From assembly GCA_016906335.1 (NCBI GenBank), contig JADEYG010000007.1:1612001-1676000 (forward strand): 64,000 nt of DNA, given 5' to 3'. The notes beneath the pieces are model-generated. The model searched no databases, was not told the origin of the DNA, and saw only the letters and a list, made by a program, of their open reading frames with translations. This document shows, piece by piece, positions 12,547 to 26,054 of this stretch. Position 1 is the first letter of the stretch; every line of letters begins with the position of its first letter. Position numbers and translations under genes: made by a program. Source of the stretch: Novakomyces olei. Taxonomy: Eukaryota.

Positions 12547-14019
12547 TCAGTATTCAATATTGCTATTGAAAAGATCATCAAGCTCTGCATCAAATTTGCC
12601 ATCAGGTTTTGTGGGCGGACGCAGCAGACTGCTGAGAGCGTATATAACTCCATCAATAGAAGGAATTGCCCCCCGCTCCAGCACATCTTGACCGTTCAGG
12701 CGCGTAAAAGAAGGATGCGATATAAATCCTCTCTTGGGCGCGACAACGTCGGCAATAATATGAGCATCGGCTAGCCAAGTATCGAGCTCGAAACGCGCAA
12801 AGTGCTGATGAGACTTTGTATTATCCGCGTAAAACACATAATTGGGAACAATATGGTACTCTAGTACCTTTCGTAGAATGTGCCTTCCGTGGCGCGAAAA
12901 TAGAAAAGCATTAGCGCGTTCCCCAAGACGAGCAAACGCGTAATTATCAGGCGCAAAAACGGTGTTTACGCCCGCGTGCTGTGCCTGCTTTAATTCATCC
13001 CAAAGCCCAGTCACGTGCAAGGCCTGAACAAAAGTACTGAAGCGTGTCTGCAAGTGTTCCAGCACGACGCTTGTATTTGGCGGTGGAATCAGGATTCCGT
13101 CAATAACATGGACTACGCCATTGCTTCCGAAAAACGCATTGGGAACGACGACATTAGCCTCAAACTCGTTCAAACGGATTCCGCGAGTAATGCCCTTTGT
13201 CACTCCGATCCGCTGAGCCTGGCGAGTCTCGTTGTTGTAGAGAGCCGAGACGATAGAGTCTGAGCTGAGGACACGAGTGGCCGCGTACAGCTGTGGAGAA
13301 ATATGGTAAAGCAGTGTTCTACGGACAATCTCCGCGTGGTCCAGGGCGGTCTCGTCTTGGTCTACATAAGCCTCGTCAGTTTGTGCGAGAGACGATGCGT
13401 TTATATGCTCGAGTACGCGATCCGATGGGGCAAACAGCGTAACTTTATTGGCGTGGCCGTCCTCGCCTTTAGTGGTGTTTAGCAGTTTGACTGCCTCCTC
13501 GTGAGCGGCAACGACAGAGTACAGTCGGGAGAAATGATGAGAGCGACGGAGCCATTCATAGATGGTCGGGGGTTCTCCTTTATGGTGCTCCGCTTTTACT
13601 ACGTCATCGTCATTGGCCGAATAAAATTCGTCAGTTCTGGCAGACGGCCAATTATCCTCGTCATGAGCCTTTGGCTCTCCCTTTTCTTCTGACTGTTCCT
13701 TTTCTTCTGGCTGTTCCTTTTCACTTAAAAACAAAGGCTTAGGCAGTGTTCGGCTACAGCGAGGACGGTCGGACAGCTTTGCCGGCTGAACGCGCTGAAC
13801 GAGTGCGTCCAGCCACGAATGCAATCTGCTCTCCGCATCGCGATGCCCAAACCTTCCGGTCGGTCCGTTTGTGTGGGGGAGCACACTCCTATCAAAATCC
13901 GCACTATTTTCAAACAAGAGCGATTTTTGATCGTTGCTGGAACGCTCCGGCACGTACTCGCCGACGGCCGATACCGCCGTCAGTGAGTACACAATGGCAA
14001 AGTATACAAAGTGTAGCAT
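12547..14019 (-). CDS. Secreted protein with two fasciclin (FAS1) domains
   Basis: Signal peptide MLHFVYFAIVYSLTAVSA; TLFAPSD...LLYHI...NGVVHVIDGILIPP and TVFAPDNYAF...LEYHIVP...DGVIYALSSLL. Confidence 0.9.
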   Translation of the reverse strand: MLHFVYFAIVYSLTAVSAVGEYVPERSSNDQKSLLFENSADFDRSVLPHTNGPTGRFGHRDAESRLHSWLDALVQRVQPAKLSDRPRCSRTLPKPLFLSEKEQPEEKEQSEEKGEPKAHDEDNWPSARTDEFYSANDDDVVKAEHHKGEPPTIYEWLRRSHHFSRLYSVVAAHEEAVKLLNTTKGEDGHANKVTLFAPSDRVLEHINASSLAQTDEAYVDQDETALDHAEIVRRTLLYHISPQLYAATRVLSSDSIVSALYNNETRQAQRIGVTKGITRGIRLNEFEANVVVPNAFFGSNGVVHVIDGILIPPPNTSVVLEHLQTRFSTFVQALHVTGLWDELKQAQHAGVNTVFAPDNYAFARLGERANAFLFSRHGRHILRKVLEYHIVPNYVFYADNTKSHQHFARFELDTWLADAHIIADVVAPKRGFISHPSFTRLNGQDVLERGAIPSIDGVIYALSSLLRPPTKPDGKFDAELDDLFNSNIEY

Positions 14020-14510
14020 CGCCGTGTCCTCTATGTGCACAGCGTCCGTCTTTCTATATATACTCGCGACATTTATGACATACTGTCCGGAGCATTTCCG
14101 TATCGGGCAAAACGGTCATATACCGTCATGGTTATTTATATACCGTCATGTGGGGTCGCCGTTCGTATCGTGTTACTATTGCGTACTATTGCTTATTAAT
14201 AAAAGGATTTGGCGCGTATTTTGCAGGTTACGTTTTACCAGACATAACGTAGTCAAAGTGCCATGTAGATTACGAGCGTAGTCGGCCTTCATACTATGGA
14301 GATGGCTACATTACAATACTGCTCGGCAGGCTCGTTTGGTCTGTTGTCACGTGAAGCTGTATTCTTTCAAGTCGGCATGCTTAAAAGACTCTGCTGGCCA
14401 TTGCTTGTTTGCTTTTGTTTAATACGAATGTAATACAGTATTTCAATTTTTAATACTTGTAATTCATAGCAAATTGTTGTAGGCTTTCAGTTAGGGCTAT
14501 TTATTCATTA

Positions 14511-14560
14511 TTATTATTATTTATTATTATTTATTATTATTTATTATTATTTATTATTAT
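14511..14560. repeat. 10-bp tandem repeat (TTATTATTAT) x5
   Basis: Read directly; lies just upstream of the kinesin ATG. Confidence 0.9.
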
Positions 14561-14599
14561 CTACAGGTATTGTCTCGGATTGTTTACACTACGACACAC

Positions 14600-17025
<2,426 letters not shown>

Positions 17026-17449
17026 CAGGGTTGTTGTCCGAATAGCCTGAATAAGTACTTTTGTTTTAAATTTGTCCTACTGTACAAATCGTATTACTAT
17101 GAACGTGCTAGTGGTCTCGCACAATTTCATTTAGTTTATGTATATCCATCTGTTTAATCCTAGGCGCAAATCGTATTACTAATGTTTTATGCGTCGTAAT
17201 TTGCTCTATTTTTCTATTATTTATTTCACGTAAAAAATTATTGCGACTCTGCCGGTTCATTTGTAAATAGGATACAAACAGCGATAAAATTGAGCTACCA
17301 GCAAAAGGTCTAGCGCGTAAACAATGCCCATTGTATTTCGGAGCAGGAAAAGATAAGACGTAGTAAATACCAAAAAAAAAAAAAAAGAGAGAAGCCATAA
17401 AACGTCCCGTCTTATTGAGTAAATTCTTATATTATACGCAGCACGTAGC

Positions 17450-18238
17450 TCACTGGATTCCGCTTGAGGTAACCTCGCATTCGTTATCCTCGTAGTCGGT
17501 ACTCTCGCTATCCCCACAATCAGGGCAGTCGGTAATATCGCATTCGACACCATCGACTCCGTTATCCTCGCTATCCTCGCTATCCTCGCTACTCAAGCTA
17601 TTCATGCACTCGGTAGCCTCGGAGTCGTAACCATCAGCCTGAGCCCTTGCAGACGCCTCTTCTTCCTGTGTGACATAATTGGCTACTAAACAAACGTTAG
17701 AGAAAGATGATCCACAAAATCAAAGAGGCAATATTATCCAATAAAAAGCAAGTGTATACTTACACACAGTAGGGTCAATAACCTCGACTTGTAGATAAGC
17801 TGGCAAACTTTGCCTCAACAAAACCGCTCTTCTTGAGCTTATTTGAGCTGCAAAGCCTCTAAAATAAATAACGTCAGTACACAGCATACAGTCAAATATC
17901 ACGACTCGTCGACATACCGAAACAAATGACAAAAGTCATGTAGAATTGGTCCATAAAATGATTTAACCGTAAGCCGATTCATCCTATTTGTATAATTAGC
18001 GGTCAGTGTATCGAACAAGACAAAAAGATTACGTTATGGCATTTAATATTTCAGGAGAGTGGTTGCTCGGATCTTGGGCTCGAACCAAGACGTGCTTTAT
18101 AGCTTCTGAATTTGTTTAAGCAACTTGGTCGATCAAGATTTCGGCCTTACCCGGCGTATCAAGAGCCAATGCACACCCTGCCGAGAGAAAAAGCACATTA
18201 ATAAAACCAAATACTCGAATTATAAACTTGTAGTGCAT
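17450..18238 (-). CDS. Secreted peptidase-inhibitor I9-like protein with acidic tail, 5 exons (18238-18151, 18105-18033, 17983-17918, 17858-17764, 17685-17450), 185 aa
   Basis: Four GT-AG introns (45, 49, 59, 78 nt), three with clear branch points, splice into one 558-nt frame. Signal peptide MHYKFIIRVFGFINVLFLSAGCALA; I9-like core ILHDFCHLFRGFAAQIS...LLRQ...VEVIDPTVLAN. Confidence 0.72.
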
Positions 18239-18937
18239 CGCTCCTCTTCGATAAATAGAATTATTAGAATCCTGATGAGGTGGAGGGCTGTGCCGTATTC
18301 ATATTTATATTGGTCAATAAGTTTTGCGGAGGCTAATAAAGTTTTGCGTCTTCTCATGATCATCTTGCTCTGTTTGCGGTCTCCTCACATTGACTGTAGC
18401 CTATATTTCATAGCGTTCATCGGTCGGTAAGGAAACGCGGAAAATGCTTCATATGCCGTCAGCAAGATTAGCCATGCTGCATAAAACTATGCCACAGGAA
18501 TATATCAGACACTGTGATTCTTCCTCCTCTACCAGTTTGTCATCCACTCGTCGAATTCAACAAACCTTCTATTCAGTTGTGCTATTCGTTAGTATCATAA
18601 CCGTGTTTACTTTACATATGACTCGTTATTGTTGCGATGAAAATAATGTGCGGCCCAACGCGGTAAATGACACCTTCAAGTGGGAAAAAGTCGGAGTAAG
18701 ACACGTCATAGCTTATTTTGAATTGATTTTTGTTTTTTTATAGCTTTTTGACAAATGTTTTAACGCCCTTGACCATTAGCACCGAGATTGACAACTGGTC
18801 ATGTAAAATATGGTATTCTGTAAATAAGACAGATGAAAATTATACGTTTCGGCCTGGCAACTTTTCAAATTTTATAGTTTAGGGACAGAATCTTTTTTCC
18901 GGTTTTCTAAACCAACTTGTTGATTAATTAATTATTT

Positions 18938-19092
<155 letters not shown>

Positions 19093-19401
19093 GGCACTTG
19101 TATCAAATAAACATCCCGCGAACAAAAAGTTACTAGAGGCTTTCTTTATCATTGTACACAAATTTAATCGTGCGTGTATCTAAATTGCCTCCAACGTGCA
19201 GTCTCTAGTCAGCAAATCGTGTATTTATTCAGAATAAAATATAAATCACACTCACAACCCCGAGTGAAGCCGCAAGGTAGCAACAATGCAATACTTTAGA
19301 ACGGACGACACTATAGATTGAATATTCATAACATACATGAGTCATAATTACCTTTTTAAAGCAAAACAAATTATTCCAAGTATCTAAACGGTATGCGAAT
19401 G

Positions 19402-20973
19402 CTAAACTTCTCCAGCATTCACTTTCAAAAGGGCCTGTCGTCGTTTTGAATTTTCAATTATATCACGTCGATGAGCCGCCTTTTTAGCGTCATAAGCACT
19501 ACGCGTGGTAATACGCTGCCGACGAGGTGGCCTAGAGCGCAGTTCGTGTTTTTGCTGCTTATTTGGAGCAGGCAAAGCCATCATCCACTCGGGCACATCT
19601 GCCGCAGCTGAAGCACGAAGAACACTAGCAATACTCTTCATGTACGGGGCATCTTGCTTTGTATAAAAAGTAACCGCCCGGCCAGCTCGACCGGCCCGAC
19701 CTGTCCGACCAACGCGGTGAATATAGCTCGCCACTGTTTGAGGCAAATCGTAATTAACAACGACATTAATCCCCTTAAAGTCTATCCCACGGCTTAAAAG
19801 CTCTGTGCAAATAAGTAGCCAAATCTGCCCCTGACGTACACGCCGCACTACCTGCTGTCGATGTGCCGGGTCGCGATCCGAATGTATCACATCCACGCGA
19901 AGCGTGGGATCCCGCCGCAGTTCGTTGTAGAGTTCGTTGGCGCGTTCGATAGATTGCACAAACACAAGTGCCGGTGGCGGCAATGCTCCGCCTGTAATCA
20001 TTTGCCGAAACGCAATCAGTTTGCCCTGCTCGTTCCCGCAGTAAACGAGCCTCTGTTCTACGTCTTGATTGGCTGCTTCTGCCCGGCCAATTACAATGCG
20101 AGCTGCTTTTCCTGCCCAGACCTGCACGTGACTCGGGATGGTAGCACTAAAAAGCATACGCGGTACTGCCTGCGGTGTATGCTGAGCAATCTGCTCCATC
20201 GAAGGCCGCAGGGCAGCATCAAGTAGTTTATCTGCCTCATCTGCCACCAAGACGCAAATGTGAGCATAAGTGTTTGGATGCGTTTGTGCTGTATGCGCAA
20301 CGGCACCAGGCGTTCCAATCTCGATGGCAAACTCGGCACGGGCAGGGCACTTCTTTCCAGTGGACACAACGGCTACACGAGTGCCCTTGGCAAGGATCTT
20401 TGCCTCTGATATTGCTTGGTGAAGCAGTTCTTTCGTAGGGACGACAATGAGCGCATCCACGGATCGAGGAGGAGCAGTACCACGAGATTTAGCTTTCGTA
20501 TCTGCGTTAGGTTTAGAATTAGAATCGAAATTAGAATCGGAACCAGAGTTGTCAGACTCTAAATCAGACTCTGAATCAGACTCTGAATCAGATTTATATG
20601 TCGGTTTGCTCGTAGAATCCTCGTCGCCACTATTATCCCTCAAACTGCCCGATTCTAGCATCGAAATAATCGGCAGTAAATAAGCCAGAGTCTTTCCTGA
20701 CCCCGTTGGTGCAGAGACTATGACACTGCGGCGAGCAAATACGTAAGGCATCACGTGCTTCTGTACTGGCGTTGGTAGCACGTGGGTCACATTGTCCAAG
20801 ACAGTGTCGGGTATACATTCTGCAAACGTTGAAAGAGGCGGCAATTGATCACCGTGTACTTTAACGCGAGCCGGTTCTGCGTGGGAATCGATACGGCGAC
20901 GCTTTGTGCGCAGGCCGGCGTGGGCCGGTAAATTAGTGCCTTGCGATAGTAGCGAAAAGGTGTCTGATGGCAT
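19402..20973 (-). CDS. ROK1: DEAD-box RNA helicase Rok1/DDX52
   Basis: PTPVQ, APTGSGKTLAY, VPTKEL, DEADKL, SAT, QRLVYCGNEQGKL, PPALVFVQSIERA, ICTELLSRGIDFKG and YIHRVGRTGRAGR. Confidence 0.92.
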   Translation of the reverse strand: MPSDTFSLLSQGTNLPAHAGLRTKRRRIDSHAEPARVKVHGDQLPPLSTFAECIPDTVLDNVTHVLPTPVQKHVMPYVFARRSVIVSAPTGSGKTLAYLLPIISMLESGSLRDNSGDEDSTSKPTYKSDSESDSESDLESDNSGSDSNFDSNSKPNADTKAKSRGTAPPRSVDALIVVPTKELLHQAISEAKILAKGTRVAVVSTGKKCPARAEFAIEIGTPGAVAHTAQTHPNTYAHICVLVADEADKLLDAALRPSMEQIAQHTPQAVPRMLFSATIPSHVQVWAGKAARIVIGRAEAANQDVEQRLVYCGNEQGKLIAFRQMITGGALPPPALVFVQSIERANELYNELRRDPTLRVDVIHSDRDPAHRQQVVRRVRQGQIWLLICTELLSRGIDFKGINVVVNYDLPQTVASYIHRVGRTGRAGRAGRAVTFYTKQDAPYMKSIASVLRASAAADVPEWMMALPAPNKQQKHELRSRPPRRQRITTRSAYDAKKAAHRRDIIENSKRRQALLKVNAGEV

Positions 20974-22473
20974 CTGTCTCCTCAAACAAACTCAAACTTG
21001 TATGCCTAAAGAAATTGCATGTTGTCAAAGCCGGATTTTTTTCCTGAATAATTCTTTTTCTCATTTATTTAATGTGTTTTTATTTGTGTATTTATTTTTA
21101 TTTTATTTTATTTTATATATATTTATAAAGCCTTCTGTTGAAATATGAATCTATTATCCCCTTATTAAATAAATTATCATCATCATAATTTGATGAATAT
21201 GACATATCTAAATTATTATTATTATTTTCCTCTTTTTTTTTACCATTTGTATTAAAATTATTTGATATTTGACATATAGTCTGCAGAGCCAGAAATGCCA
21301 GAAATGCCAGCAGAATGGGCCTCGAGACTAAACGCAGACTGAACCCGTTCCAGCCAGACAAGATAAACTTAATAATATACACTCGCCGACCCACTGACCG
21401 GCTAAGACAATTCTACCAAGAGCGTCAGTTGGTTGACTTTTAGCTTTACTGAAACCTCACTCAAAAATACATAGCTACATACATATAGCTCAAGCGAACC
21501 CTCATACCCTCGAGGGATTCAGCTAAAGCAATCTAGAGTTCCTAATTCATTTAATCTACCATAAGAGCAAATTCCAACCTGATATATTTATTGGTTCTTT
21601 GCTTACATAATCGTACCTGCATGTACAATGCGTATTATACTTTAAAGTAAACACCGTTTTATAATGTAAACTTTCTTCGAGTTGAACGAGCTTCTTCTTT
21701 GAGGATAGGCGTTGTCTTATTCGGTAGCAGCCACGTGGATAATTACTAGTTGCACGTTCTAGGACATACAGTACCATTAAAATAACCAGATTAGACAAAG
21801 CAGGAACGTCAAATCGATGGCTTCATGCCCTGAAACTGATTTGCTGACTCATATCTTGAAGCTCCTGTTTGCACGTTTAGAGCACTCTTCCATTTCAAAG
21901 TCCGATGGTCGGAGCACTGCTCACGCTTATAACACTCTCTACAAGGAAGTTGCGAGATCTTAATTTTAACTGTAATCAGGGTATTCGCTTATTCTTATCT
22001 AATATTTTTTTGTCCACCTTTTGATAAATTTGCTTTAAAAAGACAAAAGAATAATTGGGCACTACTAAGCAAGCCTGCCTGCCATCCTTTGCAAGGTGCG
22101 TAGGTGGAGCTGAAGGGCGGGCTTTTAAATCCCATAGGCTCCTCGCCTAAATTTGCATCTTTGCCAGCTCGTATATCACCAGCTGACTCCTCGCTGCATC
22201 GTGCAGACATCGAGCAAGGCCTTTATTTTTTTCGAGTCAGGATTCGTTTAGCCAATTTTCAGTTGGCTTGGCTCGAGCTTTTTTGGCCAGCCTCGCTTGG
22301 TTGGAACGAAACTCGTTGCAGATATTCATTTGGGTAGTCATTCAGCAGAGGAGGAAACGAATAGATACGAGTCAGAGAAGGGCAGAGCAGAGAGAGAGTT
22401 AGGTTCTATTGTGCTTTTCATAAAAGAAATTCATTCTTTTATTTCGGCACTCGCCTGACAATAATTTTTTGCC

Positions 22474-23217
22474 ATGGAAGCTCTATCAGCGCGACGGCGG
22501 CAGCGGCCCGAGCCGCTGTCGCTTACTCAAAGCGCTTACAAATCGCTAATTGAGCCACTAAGCCCACCGCTTTCTGGCCGTAGTACAGGGTTTGCTATAC
22601 TAAATGACAACAAAAACCAGGTGGTAAATGAAATGCCTACCCCACAAACCGATAATTTTGATTCTGAATCAAAAGCAGCACTTGCCTCGCCCGCAGCGAT
22701 ACCTGCCACCAGGTATTCTGCTGATACTGTGTACAGCGAACTTCGACACGTTCCTTTGCCTTTTATTCACGATGCACTGACTGCTCTGGCACCGTCATAT
22801 TTCCGCGACCGGAGAAGTTCCAACGTCTGTCTTGTTCTCAGTCACCAATCATCAGCAGCTGCTAGCGTGCGGTGTGTTGCTGCGGAAAACAACCTGCCTT
22901 TTATACGTCTGCACCTCGAATACTTAATGCTGCGATTACCCCGTATTTTCCGGCAATTGCTGGGATTGGAATTGGGTAATGGCGCTTTCATTGAGCTATG
23001 TAGCTCTACAGTACCGCACCGCAAGGCGAGCCGACGGCGATTGATAGAAGCTCTACGAGTGTGGATTTACTTTGGAGAGTTTTGCCGAAAAGATACTGAA
23101 GCTAGCGATAGCAATGATGATTCCGAGGACGAAGATGACGAGGACGAAGATGATCTCGATATAAAGGTTGCTCTTACGGATTTGCTTGCAGCTTGTGGGG
23201 CGCCAAGGAGAGCATAA
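22474..23217 (+). CDS. Hypothetical protein, possibly with a divergent BTB/POZ-like domain
   Basis: Clean 247-aa ORF with GCCATGG context; pattern SNVCLVL...RLHLEYL...IFRQLL...IEALRVWIYFG resembles a BTB topology; acidic tail. Confidence 0.6.
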   Translation: MEALSARRRQRPEPLSLTQSAYKSLIEPLSPPLSGRSTGFAILNDNKNQVVNEMPTPQTDNFDSESKAALASPAAIPATRYSADTVYSELRHVPLPFIHDALTALAPSYFRDRRSSNVCLVLSHQSSAAASVRCVAAENNLPFIRLHLEYLMLRLPRIFRQLLGLELGNGAFIELCSSTVPHRKASRRRLIEALRVWIYFGEFCRKDTEASDSNDDSEDEDDEDEDDLDIKVALTDLLAACGAPRRA

Positions 23218-23677
23218 TTCATGTAATGTTCTGCGCAGACATACATATTATGATCATAATTCGTCAAAGAATATATTGAAGCCCTGACGAGAGACTCTTC
23301 CTGGACTGTGGTGATTATAATTGAATTCGCTACTTTGGTGCAGTGCCTAAGGCAACAGCTCCGTAAGGTAGCACTTGGTTTTTTACCCCAAGCCGGGAAC
23401 TGCTAAAAACCTAGATTAATACTCTTAATTATTTATTTGCCTTTATGGTTATGACGACACAATTTTGAGCCAACAGCCATTCATTCAGTAGTATTTAGCT
23501 TCAAGTGCGTATTCATTATACAAATTATGCTTTTAACTGTGGGACAAAGCCCACAACTGTAACTGACTTTACGAGTCAATAAGTCAGAATTCGCAAAGAT
23601 TTTAAATAAAATGCAATGCACTTGGCAAACAACTCAACTAGTTGTCTAGAGAGCTACGCCTCTTCCCGGCAAGGCTA

Positions 23678-24522
23678 TTAACAAAAAAGCCAGCGGGCAA
23701 TGAAGTTTTTGTTACTGACGGCAGTTATGCGCGACACTACGGCATCAAAGTCGCCTTCTTGACTACCGAAAAAGCTGCGAGCCATAATGCTCCAGCGCAT
23801 AATATGTGATGGATCAAGACGACGACCATCGTGGACAGGCCGACCACGATATGACGGTGAAAATGCAGTCCAGGGGAGGAAAATTCGTTGTTGTCGTTCT
23901 TTACTATTATGTCCTTTTACCGTGGCAGCGTATTCAACAGTTGAAGCATCTCGACCGTCTGGACGTCGCGCTGGAAGTTCTGTTTTGAGGTTGATTGTGT
24001 ATTCGAATGCTGCTTTATTAGAGCCGATTATTTACAAACATCAATGGGAATTCGAAATGATCAAACGAAAAATAAATAAATAAAAATAAATAAATAAATG
24101 AAAATAAAATAACCAGAAATGTGAACTATTTAGACCAAAACTTGAAATCGTCGACCAATTGAAAATGTATTCAGCTTCTAGTCATACCGTCGGCCCTATT
24201 AAAAACAATCTCAATACCGTCAAACCGGGCAAGATTCCATATTTGGCCTTCCGCAGTAGTCCGTTGTGAAGCAAATCCAGCTCCGCCTAATGTCCTTGTG
24301 TCCAAATGACCCCAAAATCGAGCCGTATTATCCTCGTTAATATCTAAATGCGACTTTCGAGAGTAAGAAAAGTGTAAAGGATTTGAGACATACAATAGAC
24401 GAACCGCCACGAACACGGTCGTCACTGGCGCAAAAGTCTTTGCTGTTCCATTTCTCGGAGCCACCCTATATTGATCAGCGCAGTTAAAAGGTTCCTCGTA
24501 CAAATATATCTTGCGACGCCAT
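23678..24522 (-). CDS. CIA30 (NDUFAF1-like) domain protein, 4 exons
   Basis: Spliced reading MASQDIF|GGSEKW...DDRVRGGSSI|SHL...LDTRTLGGAGFASQR...|...LPWTAFSPSYRGR...IMARSFFGSQEGDF. The last exon is missing from the ORF track. Confidence 0.87.
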
Positions 24523-24787
24523 TATCATCGCACGTCAAAGTTATGACGGAGACATAAATAATCGAGTGCTAATAAATAATTATTTGAACAAGGAATAATC
24601 AAACAAATTAAAATTCAGGATTATTTAATTAATTAGCCAGCGAATAGCGCATTAATAAATTATACAAATAATAAAAGCATTACGAGAGAAGCTCGATTGC
24701 AAAGTGCCAATTAGCCAAGTGCCAATTAGCCAATAAATAACATTGGAGGCCTGCAAGAGACCGGCGGAATGTCCATAATCTGCCATC

Positions 24788-26054
24788 ATGTCAAGGTACA
24801 AGGTCGAAATTCAGCAAATGATGTTTGTGCTCGGCGGTAAGTGCTCTTTAAGCTCTTTACAATATGTGGTTGTGAGATAGACATCGCTAATATTACAGAG
24901 CTGCAAGAGCCACTCGCAGAAACGACGCGGCTAGTTGAGGATATTGTACGCAATCAGACGGTTGAAATTGTAAGTCCATTGCTCAGTTCCAATGATGTAT
25001 CATTGAGACGCTGAGAAATAAAGATATTTAAATATCGAGGAACAGAATGAATTCTAAAAAGATAAAAACGACAAAGATTGAGTCTAATTGACTTGACTCA
25101 ATTCAGCATATCCAAGTTACCCGTTTTTTCTACTTAAATTCAGTTCTCTATCAATTCAACACAGTCTTTTTAGTCAACCGAAATGCTGACACGTCTCTGT
25201 AGATTACGCAAGCGACGTATATGGCAAGTCAACGGGGATCGCGATCAATTTCTACAGACGATCTATTTTTTCTTATTCGACACGATCAGGCCAAAGTGAA
25301 CAGGTTACGTACATACTTGTCATGGAAAGATGTACGCAAGAACGCTAAAGATCAAGAAGGCGGTGGGGCTCCGGAAGCAGAGCTTTTAGAGGACGAGGCA
25401 GCTGGTTCCGGTGCAGCAGGAGCAGCAGCAGGAGGAGGGGGTGCCGACGTGGATACGCGAAATCGGTACCGGCGGCAGCCAGTGCCCCCACTGCCGTGGG
25501 ATGTGAGGCGAATGTTTCCTGAGCCAGTGCCGGAAGGCACAGAAGAGGAGGATGAAATCGAGGCGGCGCGTGACTATGATGCAACCTTGCAAAGGCTAAA
25601 ACGGGCGGACGAAAGAACGCGTAACATGACGCGTGAGGAATACGTTCACTGGAGCGAATGCCGACAAGCTTCTTTCACGTATCGAAAGGGTAAACGGTTC
25701 CGTGAATTTTGCTGCATGTCAACGCTTACAGATTCGCGGCCAAACGACGATATTGTGGATATATTGGGATTCCTGGCCTTTGAAGTCGTGGCAAAATTGA
25801 CGGAGGAGGCTTTACGTGTAAAATCAAGACTAGATCGACAGCATCAGGGGGCTGATACAACGGCGGCACATGATGATAAGGGAGGAGAATTTCATGAACG
25901 GCACCTGTTTAGTGGGCCACGTGAAGAGAGGACTCCGCTAGAGCCTCGTGATATTTTTGAAGCTTACCGTATCTTGCAAACAAGCAGTTCAAAGAATCTG
26001 GCACTGCGTAATTTTACAGGAGGCTCGGTGCGTTCTCGTGCCTCTTTGATTTAG
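24788..26054 (+). CDS. SPT3: SAGA subunit Spt3, 3 exons
   Basis: MSRYKVEIQQMMFV; DLFFLIRHDQAKVNRLRTYLSWKDVRKN; MTREEYVHWSECRQASFTYRKGKRFRE; DIVDILGFL. Confidence 0.96.

Noticed and set aside
18064-18091. tRNA T-arm-like stem loop on the minus strand (CTTGG TTCGAGC CCAAG)
   Set aside because: No D-arm, anticodon arm or acceptor stem at the right spacing, and it lies inside exon 2 of the I9-like gene.
21400-21960. Possible transposon relic
   Set aside because: No recognisable transposase, RT or integrase motif, LTR or TIR in any frame I read.
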